Positions 37,500-47,500 of a stretch of 64,000 nucleotides of DNA are shown here, piece by piece. The stretch is taken from IMG/VR virus record IMGVR_UViG_3300036802_000003, positions 64,001 through 128,000 of that record. One strand, given 5' to 3'. The position numbers and the translations under genes were made by a program. Positions within the stretch are counted from its first letter, which is position 1; every line of letters starts with the position of its first letter. Source of the stretch: a virus (taxonomy: Duplodnaviria > Caudoviricetes). The notes under the pieces were generated by a model that worked only from the letters and a program-made list of their open reading frames with translations, made no database searches and was not told the origin of the DNA.

Positions 37500-37584
37500 A
37501 CCCCTAGTGGGTCTTTTTCTATGATATGACCTGTGCATTGAGGATACGAATTTTATACTTGATTACGAAAAAGGAGGTATTCTC

Positions 37585-37782
37585 ATGCCAAAACCATATC
37601 CTGGTTCTAAGTATATTCCTGGTTTAGGAAAGAGTGTCAAAATCATGGGTAACGAGATTGATGTACCAAGTGTGAAAACTGCCTTAGGTTTAGGTGGCAC
37701 ACCTGCTAAAATCCTTCCTACTGACATTGACATGGCTAAGCTATTAGTTGAACTGGACAAGACTTACACTCGTAAGCCATAA
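37585..37782 (+). CDS. small hypothetical protein, apparently monocistronic
   Basis: AAAGGAGG RBS; flanked by terminator hairpins. Confidence 0.75.
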   Translation: MPKPYPGSKYIPGLGKSVKIMGNEIDVPSVKTALGLGGTPAKILPTDIDMAKLLVELDKTYTRKP

Positions 37783-37789
37783 GCCACTT

Positions 37790-37820
37790 AAAAAGACTAC
37801 TCTTAAGAGTAGTCTTTTTT
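37790..37820 (+). terminator. bidirectional terminator
   Basis: AAAAAGACTACTC-TTAA-GAGTAGTCTTTTTT. Confidence 0.8.
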
Positions 37821-37894
37821 ATTTTTAAGTATAAAAGAGAAAAGTTTTAAAAGGTTAATTATTTAATTTTGAATTTAAAGGAGGTATTTTTAAT

Positions 37895-38050
37895 ATGAAA
37901 AGTAATAAAGAAATTAAAAGACCTACCCTAAATAGCATTAGAGAAGAACTTGGTATGAAACGTATAGATTTAAAAGAAGTTCAGTTAGTACAGTCTTACA
38001 GTGACCACATTAAGAATTTAAATTTAAACCTACCAGAGAGAAGAAATTAA
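37895..38050 (+). CDS. 51-aa hypothetical protein (not in ORF track)
   Basis: AAAGGAGG RBS; MKSNKEIKRPTLNSIREELGMKRI... Confidence 0.6.
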   Translation: MKSNKEIKRPTLNSIREELGMKRIDLKEVQLVQSYSDHIKNLNLNLPERRN

Positions 38051-38095
38051 GCTCTCTGGTTTTTTCATTTTGAAAGCCCAAAGGAGGAATGATTT

Positions 38096-38473
38096 ATGAA
38101 TCCAAACTATCCATTTAATGACAGTGCAGACAGAGTGTGGGGTTGTATTAACTACAAGAATTATAACAACGGTGTATGGGTTATTACTATCGAGTACAAA
38201 GAGTTAGAAGAGTCAAAGGGTAACCGATTAGCAGTAACTTTAGGGACTAAAGCAGAAACAATTAACTATATTGCCAGCCTATCCATACCAGTTGAAAGCC
38301 CTGCAACTATAACAAGTATTGTTCATATTCAGAACAATGGTGCCATCTTCCGTTATGCACTTACTATTGATGACGAAACAAACACATTTGGCTTACTGGA
38401 GACAACAAGATTATCATGTGCAACTACTTCAGTAAGACCTACTGCACCAAGAAATCCTAACAAGAATGACTGA
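38096..38473 (+). CDS. hypothetical protein
   Basis: AAAGGAGG RBS. Confidence 0.75.
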   Translation: MNPNYPFNDSADRVWGCINYKNYNNGVWVITIEYKELEESKGNRLAVTLGTKAETINYIASLSIPVESPATITSIVHIQNNGAIFRYALTIDDETNTFGLLETTRLSCATTSVRPTAPRNPNKND

Positions 38474-38654
38474 ATAACAGGAGAGACAGAAATGATAGAC
38501 AAAATAATCCTACTAGTAATCGGACTAGTGACGTTAACATCAGGAATAGTAATGAGTTACTTTGATACAGGTTTAGCAAGAGCAATCGGCATACTGATTG
38601 TAGCTTGCTGCCTGTGTCTTTTTGCAATCACCATACTGTATGGGTGGGGTAAAC

Positions 38655-39311
38655 GTGAAAGAAAATGAGATGTATAAGTATGTTAAAGAGCTACTTGAAG
38701 GCATTGGCTACGATGTCTATGCCGAGGTGGAAGTTAATTCTTGGGGTGGTAGTGGTAGAGCTGACGTAATTGGTTACAACAAGCCTGCCGTATGTATCGT
38801 GGAGATGAAGACTTCTCTGTCTATGGAACTGATTGAGCAAGCGTATAAGTGGAAGCGTTTTGGTCATTACATCTATATTGCCATACCTAAACGTAAGAAG
38901 CAAATACCCACATTTGTGTGTAACATGCTGTCTAGTATGGGAATTGGCATCATAGAGGTCGGTGACCGTGTGTGGGGTACACGCATAGTGCTGAAAGCTA
39001 AGTTCAACAGACCCTATAAGAATACTAAATGGGATGATGTATTGAAACCCGAACACCAGACATGGCTAGAAGGTGGCTCAAGTGGTGGGGGGTATGTAAC
39101 CAACTACAAGCTGACTATAGATAGGGTGAAGAGGTATCTAAAGTCGAAGAAGAGTTGGATTTCTATGAACGAAATACTAGAGCATTGTGAAACGCACTAC
39201 TCTAACCCTAAGAACTCCCTAGCAAAGGCTCTTAGGGAGTTTGAATCGAATTGGTGTGAGACAAAGGTAATAGACAGAAGAGTACACTTTAAATACAAGG
39301 AGGGTAAATAA
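38655..39311 (+). CDS. PD-(D/E)xK nuclease-fold protein
   Basis: E...RADVIG...IVEMKT...EQA motif. Confidence 0.75.
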   Translation: MKENEMYKYVKELLEGIGYDVYAEVEVNSWGGSGRADVIGYNKPAVCIVEMKTSLSMELIEQAYKWKRFGHYIYIAIPKRKKQIPTFVCNMLSSMGIGIIEVGDRVWGTRIVLKAKFNRPYKNTKWDDVLKPEHQTWLEGGSSGGGYVTNYKLTIDRVKRYLKSKKSWISMNEILEHCETHYSNPKNSLAKALREFESNWCETKVIDRRVHFKYKEGK

Positions 39312-39511
39312 TGGCTGGACTTACCGTAACTCTTAGCCCTGCTGAGATTAAAGAAATACTTATTAAGCACTTGAAAGAGGAATATCCTAGCCTGACTATT
39401 AAAGATGTTGACTTTAATGTAGACAAGCAACTAGAAGGCTATGGAATGCAGGAACATTATGTAACAAGATTTAATGGTGCTACTTGTAGCCTAAGAAAGG
39501 GGAATGCATAA
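39311..39511 (+). CDS. hypothetical protein
   Basis: TAATG coupling. Confidence 0.7.
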   Translation: MAGLTVTLSPAEIKEILIKHLKEEYPSLTIKDVDFNVDKQLEGYGMQEHYVTRFNGATCSLRKGNA

Positions 39512-40014
39512 TGACGACAACCCATACCCTAGAGGAAAATGGGTATAGATCTGTAACCTACCAGCCCAGACCCATCCAGTTTATCATAACCTCTACTAGT
39601 TGTTGGGAGTGTGTGAGTCACAAGAAAGATAAATATGGATACACAGTAGTAAATAGGTGGGACTCTAAGATTAAATTGCACAGATATAGCTACATGTTGC
39701 ATACAAAGGAGTCCTTGACTAAAGAAGACATAATAAGGCATACCTGTGACAACCCAGCTTGCCTTAACCCCTCTCATCTTATAAAGGGTACTGTACAGGA
39801 TAACAACCAAGATATGGTTGACAGGGATAGGTACCGTAAAGGTAATAAACATATTTTAGCCACTCTTACTGAGGAGAAATACTTTGAAATAATGAAGGAA
39901 ATATCTTTAGGTAGAAGTGGTGTAGACATAGAGTCTATAACTGGAGTCTCAAGAGATATTGTTTACAAGATAAAGAAGGGAACTCATTGGAGTTGTAAGG
40001 AGTTTACCAAATAG
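39511..40014 (+). CDS. HNH homing endonuclease with C-terminal HTH
   Basis: CWE..LHRYSY..IRHTCDNPACLNPSHLIKGTVQDN. Confidence 0.9.
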   Translation: MTTTHTLEENGYRSVTYQPRPIQFIITSTSCWECVSHKKDKYGYTVVNRWDSKIKLHRYSYMLHTKESLTKEDIIRHTCDNPACLNPSHLIKGTVQDNNQDMVDRDRYRKGNKHILATLTEEKYFEIMKEISLGRSGVDIESITGVSRDIVYKIKKGTHWSCKEFTK

Positions 40015-40084
40015 ACACTGAGGGGAGGAATTTCGATTCTTCCTCTTTTATTTTTGTGAAGACGTTGAGAAGGAGGAATCAGTA

Positions 40085-40357
40085 GTGAGCAGATTGAAAT
40101 TAAGTAAATTTGGTGGAGGATTTTTAAGTGGGGTTATCATCACAGATACTGAAACTAACAAGAATGTGGAGCTTATGGCAATGCAGTTAAAGGCTCTAAT
40201 CAGAAACCCAGAAAGTGGTACTTTTCCACATGGGGGATATGACCAAGAGGGTGATGTTATCACTGTATACCATGACGATGACAGAGAGAAACATGAAGTA
40301 TCATTCACTCTAGAGGAACTAAATGAAACTTTGGAGGGGGCTATTGCAAATGGCTAA
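40085..40357 (+). CDS. hypothetical protein
   Basis: AAGGAGG RBS. Confidence 0.7.
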   Translation: MSRLKLSKFGGGFLSGVIITDTETNKNVELMAMQLKALIRNPESGTFPHGGYDQEGDVITVYHDDDREKHEVSFTLEELNETLEGAIANG

Positions 40358-40694
40358 AATTGATTGCACATTCCATAGAACAAGCAACCACAATGTAGAA
40401 GTACACAGCCCTATGGGAGATTTCCGTATCATGAAGATGAAACATGAGTATGAGGATATAAAGAAAGCAGGATTCCTTAAAAGTAATAAAGAGCCTGCCT
40501 ATAAGGTATCCTCAGTGTGTGACAGCTTAGTGACTATGCTTAACTTATATAATGAGTCTGGTCAACTTACAGGAGACGTTTTCAATAACTTAATAAATGC
40601 ATACAGACCGTTCATACTGAACTACATGGTTTATGCCATGATAAATCAGCGTGTTAAAGAGGCTAAGAATCCTGAAGGGTGGTTAGACGCATGA
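40350..40694 (+). CDS. hypothetical protein
   Basis: GGAGG RBS before ATG 40350. Confidence 0.7.
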   Translation: MAKIDCTFHRTSNHNVEVHSPMGDFRIMKMKHEYEDIKKAGFLKSNKEPAYKVSSVCDSLVTMLNLYNESGQLTGDVFNNLINAYRPFILNYMVYAMINQRVKEAKNPEGWLDA

Positions 40695-40927
40695 GTAATG
40701 AAATCTATGTATTGCATGACGCTTGGGGCAACCCTGTAATGTCAGCAGGAAAGACTAGGTCAGTAGTGAAAAGCTACACTACTACTCATGGAGCAAACAT
40801 TGCTAGAACTAATATGGGTGGTAAAGGTCATATGAAGATTGCAGTGTATAAGCCAGCAGGATATGTAACAGAGATTAATGGTAAGAAGGAGGAATGTCTC
40901 AATGAAGAAGATTTTAACCGCAGTTAG
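40691..40927 (+). CDS. hypothetical protein
   Basis: ATGA coupling. Confidence 0.65.
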   Translation: MSNEIYVLHDAWGNPVMSAGKTRSVVKSYTTTHGANIARTNMGGKGHMKIAVYKPAGYVTEINGKKEECLNEEDFNRS

Positions 40928-41159
40928 TCTATCTGCATTGCTACTTTCAGGGTGCTCTAGTGTAACTAAGGATAAGGAGGCTATCATGGGAGAAGGGGTT
41001 AAGTTACCTTCTGGATATGATGTCATTAGCTCTGACAGAATTGACTCTAATGTGTATGTGTTTGAGCTAGTTCACAAGAAAACTAAGAAACACTACTCTG
41101 TAGTCTGTTATGCAGGAAGTGGAGTTACTATGTATGAGTTAGATGGGGAGGATAAATAA
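40902..41159 (+). CDS. lipoprotein
   Basis: MKKILTAVSLSALLLSGC lipobox. Confidence 0.8.
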   Translation: MKKILTAVSLSALLLSGCSSVTKDKEAIMGEGVKLPSGYDVISSDRIDSNVYVFELVHKKTKKHYSVVCYAGSGVTMYELDGEDK

Positions 41160-41485
41160 TGGTAGTCTTTGGAGAAGGTTGTGCATGGGTACACCCAGAA
41201 GTATTATCCTCAATAGAGGATGGTTACGATTATGATGAAGTAGGTCTTAAGCATATAGAAGACTTGGGTTGGACAGTGGAACACAAGATGCAGAGTAAGG
41301 CTGTTATATTCCAGTCTAGGGCATCTGGAAAGTTCTATATGCTAGAACTAAATAGAGAAGGTGACGACTTCAAGGGTTATGAGCACCTGGACTACATGGA
41401 TACTACAGATTCAGAAGGACGTATCAAATGTAGTGAAGTTACTAAGGAAGAGGTCATCTCTCATATTTGGAAGGGGGTGAAGTAA
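41159..41485 (+). CDS. hypothetical protein
   Basis: TAATG coupling. Confidence 0.75.
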   Translation: MVVFGEGCAWVHPEVLSSIEDGYDYDEVGLKHIEDLGWTVEHKMQSKAVIFQSRASGKFYMLELNREGDDFKGYEHLDYMDTTDSEGRIKCSEVTKEEVISHIWKGVK

Positions 41486-41561
41486 TGAACGCATACACTG
41501 AAAATGGAGTATATGAGATCACTAAGCTTTTAGCTGAAGCTAAAGGAAATAAGTAAGTAGT

Positions 41562-41589
41562 AAAGGAGGGGCTAAAACCCCTCCTTTTT
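41562..41589 (+). terminator. rho-independent terminator
   Basis: AAAGGAGGGG/CCCCTCCTTT then T-tract. Confidence 0.8.
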
Positions 41590-41673
41590 CATTTCTATTT
41601 ATCCTCCAATATTTTATAGTTAGACGTAGTAATGAGACAAGTTCCTCATGAATAATAAAAGAAGGAGGTCTTT

Positions 41674-44508
41674 GTGATGAGCAGAGGTAGAAAGTGTTAT
41701 ATTCGCATAGACAACCCTAAAGGTACTAAAAAGAAGGATAAAAAGAAAGATGAATTAGTACACGAGTTAGGACTAGAGAATTTCAAGAATGACCTACGCC
41801 CAGAGGTATGGAAGAGTAATGAGCCAGAGCTGATTATTAAGTCTGATGAGGAGTACATAGAAGAGTACTTTGACTTAGAGAAAATAATCCACGAGGAAGA
41901 GGTAGCAAAGGCAGGACGAGTCCATCTTCCTAGGGGTGCTAGACGTCACGCTTACAAAGTGCATTCTGACCACGGTGTAATTTACATTCCAGTCAATCGT
42001 TTGAAGCAGGTGTACCAAACTCACCTAGCACTTCATAGGAGAAAAATCGCCCAAAACAAAGTTTCGATGCGAATGGGTAAGCCACTTCAACCCGTTGAAA
42101 TCGGATATAATTATGATGTTCACGATGGGCATCATAGATGGGAAGCCTCCAAAGAGCTAGGATACACACACGTTCCTTGTAAGGTAGTAGGGGATGACCC
42201 AGACAAGTTAAGGGACGCAAAAGAGAAGTATCGTGCTGTATGGAAAGCAGAAACACCTGAACAGTTAGCAGAGACTTTACTACAGGACTTTGTAGATAAG
42301 CTAACGGGTAAGAAACCTGTGTCCTTGGTACTTGACATTAACAAAGCCACTCTTAACAGAGGAAAGTTAGTTAAGAGACGTGTAATGGTTAAGGGTAAGG
42401 ATGGAAAGGTCTTCTATCGCATGCAGTGGATTGACCCTAATGATGAGAAGGCAGATATCCACCAAAAAGTACCTGACCAAGAGAATCACACAACATACAA
42501 GCATGATGATAAGTCAGTAAAGGAAATAGAAAAAAGACAGCATAACCGTTTTCCAGTAGTACAACATGAGGTAAAGCACTTCAAGAATAAGGAACACAAT
42601 TACTCTACTGACAAGGAAGCCTACAATGAAGCTAAGGAGAAATACCACAGAGGTGAGAAGCTACAGCCTGTTAAGGTCAACCATAAAGGGGAGATACTTG
42701 AGGGACATCACCTTGTAGACCTAGCTAGAGAGTTAGGATTAACTCATGCTCCTGCAATTGTATTAGGTAATCCTAAATTGAAGAAAGAGTATGAGGATGC
42801 ACTAAAAGAGGACGTAATGACTGAAGTTACTGACGAGGAAGGTAATAAGAAGGAAGTATCCGCTTCTGGTAAAGGTACCTCTGCTGATGGAACACAACGT
42901 GGTCAGCATATGGTCGTAGACGTTCCTGTAGAATATGTAGATGATATGGAACACTTCAAGCGTTATGTCAATAAGATGTATACTAAATCATACATCATGG
43001 ATTGTGCAGAAAAGGCTGGCATTACATGGAATGATAAGAAGGCAGACGGAACTCTACTAACAGATGAGAAGATTCTATGGACTAGGGTTTTCAACTCTAT
43101 ATCTGAACACATAGCTGCTGGTAATAAGTTTGAAGTGCCTCATGATGATAAGGACTCTAGTGCAAAGATGAAACAGATTAAGAAGGATGATGACCACAAG
43201 TTCTTCCTTATGTTCTGTAATAAGTTTAACTTTGACAGGGAAAAGATTAAGGACTGGTGTAGAGACCATGACCTTCTATGGAAAGAGAACCATAAAGACC
43301 CTGATATTGATTGGAAAAACTGTGCTATGGCTATCAAGAAAGAATTATCTAAAGGTAAGATGCTGAATGGGGTACGTACAAGACGTAAACACCTTATGGA
43401 GGAAGCAAATACTATTGTAACAGATGCAGTTCGTGAACAGGTTAAAGCCCTTGGTAAGAAGTATGGCAAGACAGCTTTAGAAGAACAAGCACTAAAACAA
43501 GGTATTGAAGTAGACCTTCTAGATAAGAAAGGTAACGTAGTAGAACACCCAGCTATCAGATGGATGAGGGTAGCGACTGCTATTCAGAAGCATATTGCCA
43601 AAGGTAATAAGTTTAAGATGACTAATGACGATTTCGGTACAGAGGGAAGAATTCAAGCTGAAGAGTTTGATTATGGTGACAACGTTACTCTGACTCCACA
43701 TGAGCGAGTAGGTATCGATAGAGCCAAGCTTAACAGTAAGAAATTTGAACAACGTGCTAAGAAGTGGGCTACCAAGTCATTAGCTCTTGACCACGGTATT
43801 GACCCTAGCAATACAGTAATGGTAGATGAAGTGTACGATGCCTTTGTTGAAGGTGCTCGTAATGCTAAGTTAATGGTGCACTTTGACCCTACAGAATTAC
43901 TGGATAGTGGTACGTCTATGCTAGAGGAAATGATGTCTTCAGGTAAGCTAAAGAACGATTTCCAACTAGATAGAGGGTATGATAATGAGCATAGAGAGGT
44001 TATCGAACGTGATATCTACGGTGATGACTTTGATGGTGCAGAAGACCATGAGCGCCCAGTATATGGTGTGCTAGACATATTCAATCAAGGCTTGAGCCTA
44101 GGACAACATGGTGGAGCAGCCTTAGTAATGAAGGAAGATGTTAAGAAACGTGCCTCTGGTACACCAAATGACTCTAACTCAATCCCTTATGGCAAAGAGG
44201 GCAAACTAGTGCACTCTGCTACAGACCCACATCACCTAGTAATACACCGTTGGTTTGGGCGTTGGAAAGAGCCTAAGAATGCTGATGGTAAGCGTAGACG
44301 TGCTATGAACTCCGTTATTGAGGGTACAACATTCAATGACGATAAAGAGTACTTTGAAGCACAGGTACTTGGGGGAGTGGACTTGGCTAAGGATGTAGAC
44401 CATATTCTAGTACCAGAACACTGGCAAAGTAACTCAGAGTGGCAAGACCATCATGAGCTAATGAAAATGTTTGCAGAGTCACAAGGGATAGGATTAAGAT
44501 ATGAGTGA
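41674..44508 (+). CDS. multidomain protein: ParB-like x2, shared module, helical repeats x3, DUF3626-like C-terminus
   Basis: VHDGHHRWEA; ILEGHHLV; LVLDINKA..RMQW; VHFDP..ERPVYG..YFEAQVLGGVDLAKDV. Confidence 0.85.
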   Translation: MMSRGRKCYIRIDNPKGTKKKDKKKDELVHELGLENFKNDLRPEVWKSNEPELIIKSDEEYIEEYFDLEKIIHEEEVAKAGRVHLPRGARRHAYKVHSDHGVIYIPVNRLKQVYQTHLALHRRKIAQNKVSMRMGKPLQPVEIGYNYDVHDGHHRWEASKELGYTHVPCKVVGDDPDKLRDAKEKYRAVWKAETPEQLAETLLQDFVDKLTGKKPVSLVLDINKATLNRGKLVKRRVMVKGKDGKVFYRMQWIDPNDEKADIHQKVPDQENHTTYKHDDKSVKEIEKRQHNRFPVVQHEVKHFKNKEHNYSTDKEAYNEAKEKYHRGEKLQPVKVNHKGEILEGHHLVDLARELGLTHAPAIVLGNPKLKKEYEDALKEDVMTEVTDEEGNKKEVSASGKGTSADGTQRGQHMVVDVPVEYVDDMEHFKRYVNKMYTKSYIMDCAEKAGITWNDKKADGTLLTDEKILWTRVFNSISEHIAAGNKFEVPHDDKDSSAKMKQIKKDDDHKFFLMFCNKFNFDREKIKDWCRDHDLLWKENHKDPDIDWKNCAMAIKKELSKGKMLNGVRTRRKHLMEEANTIVTDAVREQVKALGKKYGKTALEEQALKQGIEVDLLDKKGNVVEHPAIRWMRVATAIQKHIAKGNKFKMTNDDFGTEGRIQAEEFDYGDNVTLTPHERVGIDRAKLNSKKFEQRAKKWATKSLALDHGIDPSNTVMVDEVYDAFVEGARNAKLMVHFDPTELLDSGTSMLEEMMSSGKLKNDFQLDRGYDNEHREVIERDIYGDDFDGAEDHERPVYGVLDIFNQGLSLGQHGGAALVMKEDVKKRASGTPNDSNSIPYGKEGKLVHSATDPHHLVIHRWFGRWKEPKNADGKRRRAMNSVIEGTTFNDDKEYFEAQVLGGVDLAKDVDHILVPEHWQSNSEWQDHHELMKMFAESQGIGLRYE

Positions 44509-44518
44509 GGTGGACTAA

Positions 44519-44806
44519 ATGAAAATGGTAGTGGAAGGTATCAAGCTGACCAAAGACCATAAAGATGATAAGATTCTCTATCGTAAGAATGGTAAGTACT
44601 ATGTCAGGAGGGCATCAGATGGCTTTACCAAAGGTGAGGCTATTAGACAACACGTATCCTCTTACTTTACTAAGTGGGGTTTTAGAAAGGTAGAGGGCGT
44701 AGCGGAGTTTGATAATGCAGAGGATATACAGGCGAATATTGATAGATTCGAGCCTGCTAAAGGTTATATAGCCAAATATGCAGAGTCGGTACTTCCGAGG
44801 GGTTGA
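44519..44806 (+). CDS. small protein downstream of the DUF3626-like gene (candidate partner/immunity)
   Basis: GAGGTG RBS; 10 nt after upstream stop; terminator follows. Confidence 0.75.
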   Translation: MKMVVEGIKLTKDHKDDKILYRKNGKYYVRRASDGFTKGEAIRQHVSSYFTKWGFRKVEGVAEFDNAEDIQANIDRFEPAKGYIAKYAESVLPRG

Positions 44807-44890
44807 TTTCCAAACCCCTCCTTTTTTTATGCTGAAAGGGAGTTCCCCAATTGGCACTCTCTAATAAAGTTGAGGAAGGAAGTGTATAGC

Positions 44891-45607
44891 ATGTTTGCTG
44901 TTGGAGGTATCGTTGCTGAGTACAAGCATAATAACGAGGACTTATTCGCACAACTAGAGAGTGCTAAAACGGAAGAGGAACGTAAAGAAGTAGTGGGAAT
45001 TATTTATCTGAACAATGTAAGAATCATACATAAAGCTATAGGTAAATGGTTCCCTGGAGAAGCCCTTAATAGGTTCTGTCAAAGACACAGATTGACTCCA
45101 GAGGATGTTTTTAGTGAGGTTAGTTACAGTCTACTTAGAGCTATACAAACCTTTAATGGAGGTAAGTTCACTTCATATGCTGGTTTCTGTATGGATAACC
45201 AACTAAAGATGCTGTACCGAACTGTTAAGAGAAAAGGCGATATGACTAGTCTACAGTCAGAAGTGAATGAAGAGTCAGACAATGATAAGAAGAGTCTAAC
45301 TATAGAGGAAGCATTTCTATCTGCTGAAGATAAAGGCTATTCTGCTCTATGGGATACTGAAGAATTCAATACAATAGTCCCTCACTTAAAGAGATGCTTT
45401 AGACGTGGTAATGAGGCTAAGGTGTTAACTATCTTCCTGAAAGAAGTACAGAAGGATGCAGGAGATATGATGTCACAGAAAGAAATGGCTGAAGTGATAG
45501 GTGTTAGTAAGTCTACTGTCAACAAGACAGTAACTAAAATAAATAAACAGGCTAGAGAAATTAGGAGGGAACTATATGAAAGCGAATTACAGCGACAGAC
45601 TAGTTGA
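44891..45607 (+). CDS. RNA polymerase sigma factor (SigE/SigK-like)
   Basis: Region 2 EDVFSE..LLRAIQTF..KFTSYAGFCMDNQL; region 4 HTH SQKEMAEVIGVSKSTV. Confidence 0.85.
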   Translation: MFAVGGIVAEYKHNNEDLFAQLESAKTEEERKEVVGIIYLNNVRIIHKAIGKWFPGEALNRFCQRHRLTPEDVFSEVSYSLLRAIQTFNGGKFTSYAGFCMDNQLKMLYRTVKRKGDMTSLQSEVNEESDNDKKSLTIEEAFLSAEDKGYSALWDTEEFNTIVPHLKRCFRRGNEAKVLTIFLKEVQKDAGDMMSQKEMAEVIGVSKSTVNKTVTKINKQAREIRRELYESELQRQTS

Positions 45608-45935
45608 TAAGAGAATGGTACTGACAACCCTGACAAAGGTAGAGGATACATCACTTTCTACAGTGTATGTAACCAATAACCCAGAGGTATTCCTTGTGGT
45701 ATTCCATAATCAGGCTGCTCTAACAGACTACATTAAGCAGAACGTAGATGGACTGTTTGGTATACGTTTAATTAGAGAAGGTAAGAAGTACTGTAGCTAT
45801 AACATTCCTTTAGGGTCTGGAGAAGAAGTACTAGCAAGAACTATTGCAGAAGCATATAATGTTCTAAATAAGGACAATGACGAGCCTGTGATTATGTCCA
45901 CGGATGAAGTAACAGGGTTGCCTATAATAGAATGA
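45576..45935 (+). CDS. hypothetical protein
   Basis: AGGAGG RBS. Confidence 0.75.
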   Translation: MKANYSDRLVDKRMVLTTLTKVEDTSLSTVYVTNNPEVFLVVFHNQAALTDYIKQNVDGLFGIRLIREGKKYCSYNIPLGSGEEVLARTIAEAYNVLNKDNDEPVIMSTDEVTGLPIIE

Positions 45936-45995
45936 CCTCAATCCCCCTAGATTTTTATAACTAGGGGGCTTTTTAATTAAAAACGAGGTGATAAT

Positions 45996-46457
45996 ATGAA
46001 GGGTATCAATCATTACAAGGTTCTCTCTAATGCCTATGGCAGAAAAGAACTATTAGAAATGGGTAAGAACAATGGTCTTAGTTGGCAGGAGGATAACGGA
46101 CGTGAAGGTGTCAACTGGATGAGATTTAGTAGGGCGTTAGTAAAGCACCTAGATGAGGACAAACACTTTGACACTGACAGTACAGATACAGAGTCCCTAC
46201 AGTCAATGCTGGATCAGTATACTCAGTTGAGAGATATGCATAAGCAAACTATGATTCCTCATGTAAGAGCTGGGTTGTCTAAGTTGTACTCTCAAGGAGA
46301 TGCAACTAGCAAAGACCCTATGGAATATCTCCCTAAAGTATATGACCACTTAGATGCCAATGGTGGACACGTGTGGGCTGAGAAAGTAAGGACTCTGGGT
46401 AGTCTTAATAGTCAGATTAAGGGTATAACTGAAAAACTCTCTACGAGACAAGTTTAG
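45996..46457 (+). CDS. protein with one copy of the helical repeat
   Basis: GRKELLEMGKNNGLSWQED..EGVNWMRFSRALVKHL. Confidence 0.8.
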   Translation: MKGINHYKVLSNAYGRKELLEMGKNNGLSWQEDNGREGVNWMRFSRALVKHLDEDKHFDTDSTDTESLQSMLDQYTQLRDMHKQTMIPHVRAGLSKLYSQGDATSKDPMEYLPKVYDHLDANGGHVWAEKVRTLGSLNSQIKGITEKLSTRQV

Positions 46458-46505
46458 GTTGGCAATGAGCCAACCTTAATTTTTTGCACTTTTAAGTGGG
46501 ACGAT

Positions 46506-46534
46506 TTGACAAAGGGACAAGCCCGTGACAAAAT
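46506..46534 (+). promoter_or_regulatory. putative sigmaA-type promoter
   Basis: TTGACA-17nt-CAAAAT with TG extension. Confidence 0.65.
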
Positions 46535-46579
46535 GAGAGTGTGATTTTCATTTCCGAGAAAACAAGGGAGGAATACAAG

Positions 46580-47500
46580 ATGGTTAGAACAGGATTAGAT
46601 AGATTTAATGCTAGGCAAGGTAAGGCAAAGGGTGACGAGAAGGCTATACATGAGGCTTCTATGAAAAAACAGATGACTGCTGATATGTACGATGAGCTTA
46701 AAGATGCAGGTAATATAGAAGAAGCAGCTATGGTAGTAAGCAGAGATGGCATGAAGCTATTAGGGCAGATGCTTACTAACTCAATAGAGGGCTCTATTGA
46801 CAGAGTACTTGACCGTAAACTAGATGAGAAGCTAGGACAGTTACTGGCAGGGTTTAGCAAGGGTATACAAGAAGGCTTACTTGCAATGCAGGATAAAGCA
46901 GTAGCTGAGGCAGAAGAGAAGATAGAGGAAGTAGTTTCTAAAGCTAGTGAGCAAATAGTTGCAGAGATTAACCTATCAGCAACACCGTCCATTGACAAAA
47001 CAATAGATAAGGTTAAGAAGAATATGGGAATTGATTTAGGAGATAAGGTGACTGCACCTGACCTAGGAAAGCTGGAGAATATAGTGGCACCTACCCAGAG
47101 ACCTAAAAAGCCTGCACCTACTAAGCCCTATGTGGAGAAGAGAATAGAAGAGGGCAAGAGCGCACAGGCACAAAAGGTAGATAAGGTAATGAGCAAGGCA
47201 CTGCAACCAGATACAGCTCCTAAAGAGCCTTTCAAGTGGGGTGCAGTACCAACAGAGAAACGTGCTACTGTGCATACACTACGCTCTAATAAAGCTATGT
47301 TCATTGAATACTGTCCAATCATTATGGAATACCTAGAGACACACAAAAATCAACCAGTAGCATTTAAAGATATTAACGAGTATGCTATAGAAAAATATAA
47401 TATCTCTTATGGAACAAAAGCCACTAAGTTCATGGACTTTGTAATGCTAAAGGACAGCAGGGTTGCACGACACTCTTACGGTCACTACATTTTGAACTAA
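46580..47500 (+). CDS. hypothetical protein, coiled coil plus possible C-terminal winged helix
   Basis: GGGAGG RBS before ATG 46580. Confidence 0.8.
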   Translation: MVRTGLDRFNARQGKAKGDEKAIHEASMKKQMTADMYDELKDAGNIEEAAMVVSRDGMKLLGQMLTNSIEGSIDRVLDRKLDEKLGQLLAGFSKGIQEGLLAMQDKAVAEAEEKIEEVVSKASEQIVAEINLSATPSIDKTIDKVKKNMGIDLGDKVTAPDLGKLENIVAPTQRPKKPAPTKPYVEKRIEEGKSAQAQKVDKVMSKALQPDTAPKEPFKWGAVPTEKRATVHTLRSNKAMFIEYCPIIMEYLETHKNQPVAFKDINEYAIEKYNISYGTKATKFMDFVMLKDSRVARHSYGHYILN

